Shown piece after piece: positions 1-9,306 of a stretch of 28,313 nt of DNA. Made by a program: the position numbers and the translations under genes. The stretch covers positions 1 through 28,313 of the forward strand of contig CAZYCQ010000016.1 of assembly GCA_964645535.1 (NCBI GenBank), read 5' to 3'. The notes below the pieces were generated by a model. The model ran no database searches and had not been told where the DNA came from. It worked only from the letters and a program-made list of their open reading frames with translations. The stretch is from an uncultured archaeon. Lineage in GTDB: Archaea; Asgardarchaeota; Heimdallarchaeia; Heimdallarchaeales; Kariarchaeaceae. Every line of letters starts with the position of its first letter. Position 1 is the first letter of the stretch.

Positions 1-2
1 AT

Positions 3-1424
3 ATTCCTGTCTTCATGGAGATCAACTATAGCTTCAACAATTCGCAGACTTGGAACAAGCAAAATATGACTTGGTTGAGCTTCGAAAACAATAACAACAA
101 TTACGAGGCTAACCTTGGATCATATTCTGGCGGCAATGTAACCTTCTTTATCAAAGCCGTTGCCTTCTTCTCAGAAAATGGAACTGTGAGACAAACTCTA
201 AGTCAAGGCAACTTTACTCTTCTGATTGGAATTGAGCCACCAAAAACTCTCCTTTATTCCATTTCAGATCCTTCAGGAGACTATTCCCTCCTCCTGCCGG
301 TCAATGATCCGCCATTCTCTGAGGGTGTGATTGACATTCTTGAGTTCTCAGTTCTTGCAAACGATTTCAACATTGAGTTCAAGTTGAAATTCCGCAACCT
401 CACCAACGGCTTCAGTTCAAGCAAAGGATTCTCTGTCGTCATATTCAGTATCTATATTGATACTGCTGAAGGTGGACAGACAATGACCCTATGGAATGAA
501 CGAGTGACAACTGCCACAGGATGGGAATATGCACTGAAAGCTGACGGTTTTGTTGATCAATTCTTCACATCTGCAGATACACAAAACCCAGTTGCAGGAT
601 CTGGAATGATCTCGTTCGGAAACACTACCTCCAATGAAGCTTCTATCGTCATACCTGTCGATCAACTTGGTGGTCAACCGCAAGACACTTGGAAATACTA
701 TGTGATGGCAGGAAGTGATGATTTCAATAAGTTCCGTGCGGCTGGATCCGCCCATGGTGGTGATTGGCAGCTAGGTGGAGGCATTGATGGTGAAACAGAC
801 CCGAATGTAATTGATATGTTGGTTCCTGCCGGTTCTCCCGACAACCTTCAAGATTTCCTCCTCGATCAGTATGACGTTGCTTCCAACACTTTGGCAACTG
901 TTTTGCCTGTTGGACCAAATGAAGAGTTTGTCGTTGACACAACCAATCCCGATGTGGAAATTAATGTACGCGATGACACAGGTGCATTGCTGACAAATGG
1001 TACCACCATTACACTTGCAGAAGATTCAACTTCAACCTCATTGAATCTTACTGTTTCCGCCAGTGATGCAGATGATGCAGTACTTGCTGGTTTGGATAAG
1101 GTTCAACTCTTTGATGGAAATATTCTCTTGAAGGAAGTAGATCTCAATGGTGAAATAAACTACACCTTCTCCATCTCGGAATCCTTTGATGCTGGAACCC
1201 ATAACTTCAAGGCAATTGCCTTCGACACAACTGGCAATTTCTATTCCATTGTGTTTACTGTAACTATTGAAGAGGCAGCTTCACCAACAACGACGACATC
1301 CTCGTCCTCAACGCCCTCATCCTCTGAAACTGGCGGTGGTGGCTTCCTACCATTGGATATCGCACCAGTATTTGCTGCTCTTGCAATTGTTGCTCTTATT
1401 CCAACATTAAAGAAGAAAAAGTAG
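3..1424 (+). CDS. C-terminal part of a cell-surface carbohydrate-active protein (glucodextranase/amylopullulanase C-terminal DOMON-like domain, Ig-like domain, Ser/Thr linker, C-terminal membrane anchor); 5'-truncated by the window
   Basis: Frame is open from the window edge (first ATG at 15). Motifs ISDPSGD, IDILEFSV, FRNLTNGFSSSKGFS..IFSIYIDT, WEYAL, WKYYVMAGSDD and PNVIDML match the glucodextranase-C/DOMON domain of archaeal amylopullulanases. Ends with a Thr/Ser linker, a hydrophobic helix and KKKK. Lies directly upstream of malFGK-like genes. Confidence 0.75.
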   Translation: MPVFMEINYSFNNSQTWNKQNMTWLSFENNNNNYEANLGSYSGGNVTFFIKAVAFFSENGTVRQTLSQGNFTLLIGIEPPKTLLYSISDPSGDYSLLLPVNDPPFSEGVIDILEFSVLANDFNIEFKLKFRNLTNGFSSSKGFSVVIFSIYIDTAEGGQTMTLWNERVTTATGWEYALKADGFVDQFFTSADTQNPVAGSGMISFGNTTSNEASIVIPVDQLGGQPQDTWKYYVMAGSDDFNKFRAAGSAHGGDWQLGGGIDGETDPNVIDMLVPAGSPDNLQDFLLDQYDVASNTLATVLPVGPNEEFVVDTTNPDVEINVRDDTGALLTNGTTITLAEDSTSTSLNLTVSASDADDAVLAGLDKVQLFDGNILLKEVDLNGEINYTFSISESFDAGTHNFKAIAFDTTGNFYSIVFTVTIEEAASPTTTTSSSSTPSSSETGGGGFLPLDIAPVFAALAIVALIPTLKKKK

Positions 1425-1517
1425 ATTAACCATTAATTTCCTTCAAATTTAGCGCAACAGCACTCAAGAATTAGACAAACCATTAAAAAAAAGGGTAAAG
1501 TTCATTTTTAGATTTAA

Positions 1518-2993
1518 ATGACCGATGAACAGAGTCTTGATGAAAACAGCACTTTAACGGTTTCTTTGACCAAACGTGTACTTCCATACCTTTTCTTGCT
1601 TCCATCATTTGTCTTGATGATTTCATTTGTCTACTTCCCCATCTTTTTCGCATTACTGCTCAGTTTCTATGAAAATCCTACCTTGCCGGAAATCTCATCA
1701 AACTTGCTTGGATATTTCCGGGACAAGACCAATCTCAATATGATCTCTCTTAGCCAATTTTTTTCGAATTTATTGGCTGCCGGCTTTCTTCCACTTTTCC
1801 ATGCCATGACCATTACACTGTCCACTATCTTTGGTGTTGGCATTATTGGAAAATTTGTCCCTCATCTCTCAAAGACAAAGCGATTCATTATTTCTCTGTC
1901 ATTGAGTTCTATCATCAGCAGTTATCTGCTTATTTTCATCATTAACTTCTTTATTGGGAATGGGAGTTCATGGCTAGTTCCTTTAGGCAACTATGACCAA
2001 GTCTTTTCTAGCGAACTGATCATCGGTGATTTCCTCAGAATCTTGCTGAATACCTTTCTCTGGGCTACCATTTGCACCTTTTTCCATGTGGTCTTTGGTA
2101 TTCTTTTGGCAATCATGATGAACAGGCACTTTCCGGGGAGAAATGTCTTTAGGGCTTTTTTTATCCTCCCATGGGCCATTCCTTCCTTTATTACTGCTCT
2201 AGTGTGGCGAAACTTTATTTTCAACGAAGATAGGGGTGTCTTGGGACGGTGGGCAAGCGATAATGTCACGCCCGGATCTTCAGTTTTGATTACATATCTA
2301 GATTTGCTGCTCTTTCTCTTGGCAATCATTTTACTTGGTTGGATAATCTCTTCATTCAAGGAAACGACTCCTAAACAAAAAACGTTACAGGCGATTGGAT
2401 TGGTTGCCATGGTGACTCCTTTGATAATTGAAATGATTATCGGTCAGAACTTGCTAGTTGGTGTTGGAATGGTAGGAGACCGTGCAATTGAGATCTATGA
2501 CATCAAAAACAAGTTCTTTTTCACATCTGATCTTTACTTCCTGGGTTTCGAAACAAAAACGATTTTTCTTGCCGCCATAATCACCAATATCTGGTTGGGA
2601 ATCCCCTTTATGATGATGTCATTCTTGGCAACACTTCAATCGATTTCAGGAGAACTCTATGAGGCAGCCAAACTTGAGGGAGCATCCAATTGGATTCTTT
2701 TCAAAGATATCACATTTCCGAATCTAATTCCAACGTTAAGGACTGTTGCCCTTTTGGGAATTATATGGACGTTCAATCTTTTCAACGTATTCTATATCCT
2801 TTCCCAAAATCAGACCGGGCTTGGCAGAAGGGAAAATTACGACATTTTCATCACCTACATCTACTACTTAATTCAAAATGGTCCTCGAGGGGCTCCAGAG
2901 TTTGCTGCCGGTGCCGCTCTGAGCTTTGTTGTGTTCCTGATTTTGGTACTGTTTTCTAAAGCCTATCAGCGAACCTTTCCGGAGGAGGAATGA
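1518..2993 (+). CDS. Carbohydrate ABC transporter permease, MalF-like
   Basis: PYLFLLPS start, NTFLWA, FRAFFILPWAIPS, NIWLGIPFMMM and EAA loop LQSISGELYEAAKLEGAS; multiple TM helices. Confidence 0.92.
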   Translation: MTDEQSLDENSTLTVSLTKRVLPYLFLLPSFVLMISFVYFPIFFALLLSFYENPTLPEISSNLLGYFRDKTNLNMISLSQFFSNLLAAGFLPLFHAMTITLSTIFGVGIIGKFVPHLSKTKRFIISLSLSSIISSYLLIFIINFFIGNGSSWLVPLGNYDQVFSSELIIGDFLRILLNTFLWATICTFFHVVFGILLAIMMNRHFPGRNVFRAFFILPWAIPSFITALVWRNFIFNEDRGVLGRWASDNVTPGSSVLITYLDLLLFLLAIILLGWIISSFKETTPKQKTLQAIGLVAMVTPLIIEMIIGQNLLVGVGMVGDRAIEIYDIKNKFFFTSDLYFLGFETKTIFLAAIITNIWLGIPFMMMSFLATLQSISGELYEAAKLEGASNWILFKDITFPNLIPTLRTVALLGIIWTFNLFNVFYILSQNQTGLGRRENYDIFITYIYYLIQNGPRGAPEFAAGAALSFVVFLILVLFSKAYQRTFPEEE

Positions 2994-4555
2994 AGATGAA
3001 AGATGAGTCTCAGCCTAACCGAAGAAATGAAATCATTGCATTTCTTTTCATAGCCTTTACATTCATGGTTCAGTTTTCCATTTTTTGGGAATACCAAATC
3101 CGCATCTGGAATAGGGTCTCCTATTCTGTAGGGCAATGGTCGTATTCAATTCCTTATTTCGACAGGACTTCATATCCTACAGAAACATATCTCCAAACAA
3201 TAATCACTCGCATTATGCTAATGGTCTTCGTATCAACGGTTTTCACAATTGCTATGCTATCCTTTCTCAGGGCAATTCGGTCTAAACAAGGTGATGTCCG
3301 TATCTACGGTTCTCTTGTTATTCTCTCTTTCGCCATGTTCTTTTCTCAGATATGGGCTCTCAAATCCTTCGAACTAGCTCCTCAAAATTGGATATTCTCA
3401 GAAATTCCCAACCTGCCAACTGATCGATGGAAAATTGGAATTTTTTCATTGCCAAATGGTGGAAATGGAGAAACAAGATATAACTTTCTGCATAGCGTCC
3501 TTATTGTGAACCTGCTAAATGGACTCATTTCTACCTTGTCCACAGCAACTTTTTTTGCTGTCAAACTTAAGACCCTTCGCAATGAAAAAAATGAGAGGAA
3601 AGGTGTTGCAGTTCAACCATCAAGATCAAAGGCACAGCTTTTGAGTTCTCTTGTTTTCTATCTCCTCTTATTTGGTTTCCTTATTTGGACCATCACTCCT
3701 GTGGTCTATACCTTTCTACTTTCGATCAGTGATGCTGCTGACCTAAGAACTGAAGGTGTTATCCCCAAAAATCCAATTGATAATTTCTTCATCAACTATT
3801 CCTCGGTCATTTTCATTCTAAATAGGAATAGCTCGTCCTTTTCTACCTCATTTGTCATTTCATTGCAATTAGGATTCTTTACCGCAATTGGCGGTCTTTC
3901 AATTGCATTGCCTGCCGCCTACGCAATCTCAAGGTTCAAATTCAAGGGAAGGGATACCTCTCAATTTCTTGTATTGGCAACCCAAATGTTTCCCGGAATC
4001 ATTCTTCTCATCCCTCAATTCATCATCTGGGCAAGACTGGGATTTTTTGCAGGCGATCGAACTCTTGATCTCACGATTTTTGGACGAATGTATGAAATGA
4101 CGATTCCTGGAGGAAATATGAGATTATTGGGTCTTTTGCTTGCATATTTTGTAGGTGCTATCGCTTACAACGTGTGGATGATGAAAGGGTATTTTGATAC
4201 CCTCCCCTATGATTTGGAAGAAGCTGCGTTAATCGATGGTTCATCAACCCTTGGTGCATTTCTGAAGATTGCCCTTCCTCTGTCCGCCCCTGGAATGGTG
4301 GCAGTTTCCATTTTTACATTTTTGGGAGCATGGAACGAGTTTGCTTTGGCACAAATTTTTGTTGGTGAGAAGAACCACTTCTCACCTCTTCCCTTGATGT
4401 TCTATGAATATCAAAACACATCTGCACCAGACAATCCACCATTCTTTGAATTGCTCAGTGCTTTCAGCATTCTTGCAGCTCTCCCCATCATGATAGTTTT
4501 CATGAGTCTTCAAAAACTCTTGACTGGTGGACTAACCACTGGCGGTGTGAAATAA
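2990..4555 (+). CDS. Carbohydrate ABC transporter permease, MalG-like, with long N-terminal membrane extension
   Basis: AAYAISRFKFKGR, QMFPGIILLIP, EAA loop MKGYFDTLPYDLEEAALIDG, FLGAWNEF and the canonical C-terminus GLTTGGVK. ATGA overlap with the upstream permease. Confidence 0.92.
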   Translation: MKMKDESQPNRRNEIIAFLFIAFTFMVQFSIFWEYQIRIWNRVSYSVGQWSYSIPYFDRTSYPTETYLQTIITRIMLMVFVSTVFTIAMLSFLRAIRSKQGDVRIYGSLVILSFAMFFSQIWALKSFELAPQNWIFSEIPNLPTDRWKIGIFSLPNGGNGETRYNFLHSVLIVNLLNGLISTLSTATFFAVKLKTLRNEKNERKGVAVQPSRSKAQLLSSLVFYLLLFGFLIWTITPVVYTFLLSISDAADLRTEGVIPKNPIDNFFINYSSVIFILNRNSSSFSTSFVISLQLGFFTAIGGLSIALPAAYAISRFKFKGRDTSQFLVLATQMFPGIILLIPQFIIWARLGFFAGDRTLDLTIFGRMYEMTIPGGNMRLLGLLLAYFVGAIAYNVWMMKGYFDTLPYDLEEAALIDGSSTLGAFLKIALPLSAPGMVAVSIFTFLGAWNEFALAQIFVGEKNHFSPLPLMFYEYQNTSAPDNPPFFELLSAFSILAALPIMIVFMSLQKLLTGGLTTGGVK

Positions 4556-4568
4556 ATGGTGATCTCTT

Positions 4569-5921
4569 ATGGCTGTAGTCAAATTTGAACATATTACAAA
4601 ACGATTTGGTGAGGGAAAACCCGCAGTTGATGATCTTAACTTGGAAATCAAAGATAAGGAATTCATGGTTCTTGTCGGTCCATCCGGTTGCGGTAAAACT
4701 ACCACCCTTCGAATGCTTGCAGGACTTGAAACGCCAACATCTGGAAGAATCTTTATTGATAACAAGGATGTAACGGCAGTTGCTCCTAAAGACCGTGATA
4801 TCGCAATGGTCTTTCAATCATATGCTCTTTATCCGCATATGACGGTACGAGACAATCTGGCATTCGGTCTGAAAAACAGAGAACTCACAAGTACTGAGAA
4901 ATTGCTTGTGACAATCTCAAAATTCATCATCTATCTTTTGTTATTGGGTGGGCTGTATGCCATTTCCATCATTTTGGATCGAATGGTTTTTGGTGGAACA
5001 CAACGTATCTTTTTCCTCTCCATGCTCTTGGCCTTCCTCTTTGGATTGATTATTTACCCGGAATTAAGAAACGCAATTTCTGACATATCATTGAATATTT
5101 CTGGTAAATTTGTGACCAATATTCAAGAATACAAAAAAAAGACTGATGAGATAAACTCTAGAGTGGTTGAGGTTGCCAAGAGTCTTCAAATTGAGGAACT
5201 TCTTGATCGAAAACCCAAACAACTTTCAGGAGGACAACGGCAGCGAGTTGCAGTTGGTCGGGCAATCATACGCAAGCCAAAGGTTTTCCTCATGGATGAG
5301 CCTCTCTCCAATCTTGATGCAAAGCTCAGGAATTCGACAAGGGCTGAACTTGCCGCTCTCCAGAGACGTCTGGAAACAACAACACTCTATGTTACGCATG
5401 ACCAAATTGAAGCAATGACTTTGGGTCACCGTATTGCAGTAATGAAGGAAGGGAAAATAGAGCAATTGGGAACTCCAAAAGAGATCTATGGCAAGCCAAA
5501 AACAAGTTTCGTAGCTGGGTTTATTGGAACACCTCCAATGAACCTCATCCACGGGACTCTGAGTGTTGAAAACAGCACCTATAGTATAATTGTTGATGGC
5601 AAGCTAAGTATTCCGATCCCTTCAGACATTCCACAGAAAGATTATCTTGAGAAACATGTAGGCTCAAAAGTTATCTTCGGTTTTCGTCCAGAAGAGGCTA
5701 GACTCAACGCAGAAGCCAACCTGATAGATGGAAGGGTGGTCTTTTCCGAAGCTGTCGGATCTACGACCAATGTCCATATCGAACTTTCTCCCTCTTCACA
5801 AGTGATTGTACAGCTTGATGGCTACAACGTAATTCCTGTGGATACGATTGTAAGGATTCAAATCCCTTCGGAGAAAATTCACCTGTTCCGGGAAGAAGAT
5901 GGATTAAGGATCGAGTTGTAA
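4569..5921 (+). CDS. malK: Sugar ABC transporter ATP-binding protein (MalK/UgpC family) with internal hydrophobic insertion
   Basis: Walker [11 protein letters not shown]-loop [14 protein letters not shown], signature LSGGQRQR, Walker [17 protein letters not shown]-loop [23 protein letters not shown] and a C-terminal OB/TOBE region. Confidence 0.93.
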   Translation: MAVVKFEHITKRFGEGKPAVDDLNLEIKDKEFMVLVGPSGCGKTTTLRMLAGLETPTSGRIFIDNKDVTAVAPKDRDIAMVFQSYALYPHMTVRDNLAFGLKNRELTSTEKLLVTISKFIIYLLLLGGLYAISIILDRMVFGGTQRIFFLSMLLAFLFGLIIYPELRNAISDISLNISGKFVTNIQEYKKKTDEINSRVVEVAKSLQIEELLDRKPKQLSGGQRQRVAVGRAIIRKPKVFLMDEPLSNLDAKLRNSTRAELAALQRRLETTTLYVTHDQIEAMTLGHRIAVMKEGKIEQLGTPKEIYGKPKTSFVAGFIGTPPMNLIHGTLSVENSTYSIIVDGKLSIPIPSDIPQKDYLEKHVGSKVIFGFRPEEARLNAEANLIDGRVVFSEAVGSTTNVHIELSPSSQVIVQLDGYNVIPVDTIVRIQIPSEKIHLFREEDGLRIEL

Positions 5922-6006
5922 ATTATCAGAAAGAAAAAATCTTACAAAACGATTTATTAGGTGGGATTTTCAATTACAGAATTAGGTTCGCTACCAAAAA
6001 GGATCG

Positions 6007-6990
6007 GTGGTTTTCATTAAAGAGGTATCTATTTCACTTCCCTCCCGAAAAAGGGAAGTCATTGATGAATTTCTTCAATTGTACAATATCAAGGCTGACA
6101 TTCTGCTTGGAGAAAATGCCATCCGCTATATCTTTGTGGTCAAGGACAACCAAACAAACCAACTTCTCCATGAACTGAAGAAAAGAGGTATTGGCAACGT
6201 TTTCGGAAGAGTTGTCATTTCAGATATTTCAACAGTTATTGTTCCAAGTTCCGAAAGTGGATCCGATATTAATAGTTCTCCTGGAGCGAATGTTGAAGAA
6301 ATACGGTCTGTATTGGAAGGGTCTGCCGTCCTCAGTTTTGATTATGTGACCTTGGTCATCCTTTCTGCAATTTTGGCAAGCTATGGTCTTGTTGACAATA
6401 ATGTGGTTATCATTATTGGATCCATGATTGTTGCTCCTTTGATGGGCCCCATTGCACTTACTTCATTAGGTGCGCTCCTCCCTGGCAGTGGGCTACTGAG
6501 GAAAGGAATCATTGCTGAAGTGTTTGGAATTGTCGCAACTGTCCTTGTTGGCTACTTTGTGGGGATTATTGCCCATATCGATCAAGTTGATCCCTTGCCC
6601 CAAGAAATAATGTCAAGGGCGAATCTCAATCAAGTGGTCATTATTTTTGCTGTTGTTTCCGGATTCGCCGCTGGGCTAATCATTTCAAAAGGTTCCAACA
6701 TCTCAATTGTCGGTGTCGCCATCGCGGCATCACTCGCACCTCCGGCAGCTGCAATAGGACTATTTTTGGCCGCAAACAAAATCAGTCTTGCGCTTAATGC
6801 TACAACCTTGCTCATGATGAATATACTTGCAATCAATCTTGCCTGTTCTGTAATGTTCTTTGTCTTTGGCTTGGCTGGTAAATCGGGAGAATCCAAAAGA
6901 TCTCAATCCATTGCATCTCGAACAAACATACTTCTGATAATCGGAGGGGCAATTCTCTTGAGTATTTTGATCTATGTAATCCTAGGATGA
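6007..6990 (+). CDS. DUF389 / TIGR00341-family membrane protein
   Basis: GLVDNNVVIIIGSMIVAPLMGPI, EIMSR, VGVAIAASLAPPAAAIG and NILAINLA motifs; soluble N-terminal domain; GTG start. Confidence 0.85.
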   Translation: MVFIKEVSISLPSRKREVIDEFLQLYNIKADILLGENAIRYIFVVKDNQTNQLLHELKKRGIGNVFGRVVISDISTVIVPSSESGSDINSSPGANVEEIRSVLEGSAVLSFDYVTLVILSAILASYGLVDNNVVIIIGSMIVAPLMGPIALTSLGALLPGSGLLRKGIIAEVFGIVATVLVGYFVGIIAHIDQVDPLPQEIMSRANLNQVVIIFAVVSGFAAGLIISKGSNISIVGVAIAASLAPPAAAIGLFLAANKISLALNATTLLMMNILAINLACSVMFFVFGLAGKSGESKRSQSIASRTNILLIIGGAILLSILIYVILG

Positions 6991-8376
6991 TTTATCACGT
7001 TTCTTTTTCTCCTTGTTGGCTCTGACGCGATCTTTGAAGGAAAGAACATTGGTAGAAGTAGAAATCTTCTTCTGTCTATCCAATTCTTTTTTCCAATCCC
7101 TTGGAAGTTCTTTTCTGATTTTTCCTTTATTTTGGGTCGCTGTAACTGTTGATGATGATTTGTTGCTCAACAACGAAGTTGATCTAAGGGTCAAACTGCC
7201 AGTTGGTTTTTTAGTCGTAGGTAACGGTGTTGTTTTGTCGTTTCTTGTTCGAAGAACTCGTTGTCTTCTTTGTTCGATCTGCTGTATTCGTTTTTCCCAT
7301 TGCATTCTTCTCTCTTCAAAACGTTCTCTGAAACCTTTCAGTTCAACTTTTCTTCTTGTGTTTTCTGAAAATCTTGAGGTTGTTCGGTGCGGAATTGCAA
7401 TTGGCTTTGCACTTGACTTAACGGTTTTCTTCTGATAGATCCTATGGACTCCAGAAACAGTTTCCAACTTATCTCTCCAATGTCCAAACAATGTTTCGGT
7501 TCTTCCTATTGCCAGATATCCTCCTGGTTTCAGTGATTCAACGAACTTATCTATAATGTCTCTTTGGGCTGTTTTATCAATATATATCAAGACATTTCGG
7601 CAAAAAATAACGTCGACTCCCTTGATGTATTCATCCTTCATCAGGTCATGTCTCATGAATCTTACGTATGATTTGATTTCTGGCTTGACTTCATAATTCC
7701 CATCTGGTCTCAGATCAAAAAAACGAGCTGCTTCAGCTTTCGTCATCTCTGCAAGATAGGATGGATCATAGATGCCATGCTTCCCGATTTCTAATAATTC
7801 CTCATTGACATCTGTTGCAATGATTTCCATTGAAATGTTGTTTTTCTTAACGGCATCGTCAAAGATCATTGCTATCGTATAGGGCTCTGCCCCTACTGCA
7901 CACCCCGCAGACCAAATCCGCAGATGTCTTCCTCCCGATTTGCTTTGTTCTGCGACATGTGGGACAATATAGTCTCTAATCAGTTCAAAGGTATCCCTGT
8001 TTCGGAAAAAACGAGTGACATTTATTGAGAACGATTGTTTCAACGCAGATATTTCATAAGGATGGGTTTTCAGATATGAAAGATAATGCGAATAAGAATT
8101 GATGCCTAACCTATTCATTCGTACACGTAGGCGTCTGGCAATATATTTCTGTTTGTAAGACCTGATCAAAACGCCATATTGTTCAAGAAATACTATGATC
8201 TTTGGGATCACCTCTTCGTCCATAGCTTTTTTCTCAGGAATCAAAATGGGGGCTGGCTTAACTGATTTTCGTAATTTTCTTTCCTTCTTCCGTTTTAGAT
8301 AGGATTCTGGTCCTGTCCCTGCACCCAAGGTTGCTCCTTTGGCTATTTTTTCTCTTTTTTCCGATTTCTCAGACAC
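6982..8376 (-). CDS. cheR: CheR-family protein-glutamate O-methyltransferase with basic N- and C-terminal extensions
   Basis: YKQKYIARRLRVRM, SINVTRFFRN, LRIWSAGCAVGAEPYTIAM, IIATDV, VRFMRHDL, DVIFCRNVLIY, LKPGGYLAIGRTE. Confidence 0.92.
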   Translation of the reverse strand: MSEKSEKREKIAKGATLGAGTGPESYLKRKKERKLRKSVKPAPILIPEKKAMDEEVIPKIIVFLEQYGVLIRSYKQKYIARRLRVRMNRLGINSYSHYLSYLKTHPYEISALKQSFSINVTRFFRNRDTFELIRDYIVPHVAEQSKSGGRHLRIWSAGCAVGAEPYTIAMIFDDAVKKNNISMEIIATDVNEELLEIGKHGIYDPSYLAEMTKAEAARFFDLRPDGNYEVKPEIKSYVRFMRHDLMKDEYIKGVDVIFCRNVLIYIDKTAQRDIIDKFVESLKPGGYLAIGRTETLFGHWRDKLETVSGVHRIYQKKTVKSSAKPIAIPHRTTSRFSENTRRKVELKGFRERFEERRMQWEKRIQQIEQRRQRVLRTRNDKTTPLPTTKKPTGSLTLRSTSLLSNKSSSTVTATQNKGKIRKELPRDWKKELDRQKKISTSTNVLSFKDRVRANKEKKKRDKSS

Positions 8377-8472
8377 AATAATGTTAAGTTTTTGTCACAT
8401 AAAACTCTTCTCAAATAAAATTCAATACTTTCTTGGCATTATCCATATGAATTTTAATTTGGGCGCTATCCT

Positions 8473-9306
8473 TTGGTTGTGTACCTTGGTCTTGAAATCA
8501 TTGATGAGAGCACAATCAGGACGAAAATCCAAAAAATTCATGCCATGCTCTCTGGAAAGAAAATACTGGTTGCATTTTCTGGAGGTGTTGATTCTTCAAC
8601 ACTTGCCGCCATTTCAAAAGAATCGGCTAAAGAAACTCTTCTTGTGATGCAAATCGGCGATTCCGTGGCAACCGGTGAAAAAGAACTGGCTTCACGTATC
8701 GCATCGGATTTGAACCTTGACCTCAAATATTTGAATTACAATGAATTTGAAGAAAGTCAATCCTATGCCCAAAATCCGGAAAACAGATGTTATTACTGTA
8801 AATGGCTTCTTCATGACAAATTAGAAAACCTACGTCGTCAACTTGGATTCGATTATGTTGTCAATGGAACCAATTTTTCAGACTTGAATGGACATCGCCC
8901 TGGATACCAGGCACTCCTTGAATTCAATGTTTTGTCACCTTTTGTAGATGTGCAAATGACAAAACCAGAAATTCGCCATATAGCCAAGGATCTTGGTTTG
9001 GTTGTTTGGGATAAACCTGCAACCCCCTGTCTTGCAAGCAGGGTGAAAACCGGTATTCCAATTTCATCAGATTCCTTACGGAAAATTGATAGGGCTGAAC
9101 AATTTCTTAGAAACCATTTTTCATTTCAAACTGTCCGCGTTAGGTTATTGGAAAACGACAATGCGTCAATAGAAGTGGAAAAAAATCAAATCCCCCTGTT
9201 GCATGAAAATTTTGGCTTGATTTCAGCCCAACTGAAAAAAATAGGCTTTACTAAAATTCAGATTGATCCTATGGGATATCGACCATATGATCCATCTCTC
9301 CGCTAG
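8473..9306 (+). CDS. larE: LarE-family ATP-dependent sulfur transferase (PP-loop)
   Basis: PP-loop AFSGGVDSS, NPENRCYYCK, GTNFSDLNGHRPG, WDKPATPCLASRV, VRVR. The start may be TTG 8473 or the ATG at 8545. Confidence 0.88.
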   Translation: MVVYLGLEIIDESTIRTKIQKIHAMLSGKKILVAFSGGVDSSTLAAISKESAKETLLVMQIGDSVATGEKELASRIASDLNLDLKYLNYNEFEESQSYAQNPENRCYYCKWLLHDKLENLRRQLGFDYVVNGTNFSDLNGHRPGYQALLEFNVLSPFVDVQMTKPEIRHIAKDLGLVVWDKPATPCLASRVKTGIPISSDSLRKIDRAEQFLRNHFSFQTVRVRLLENDNASIEVEKNQIPLLHENFGLISAQLKKIGFTKIQIDPMGYRPYDPSLR

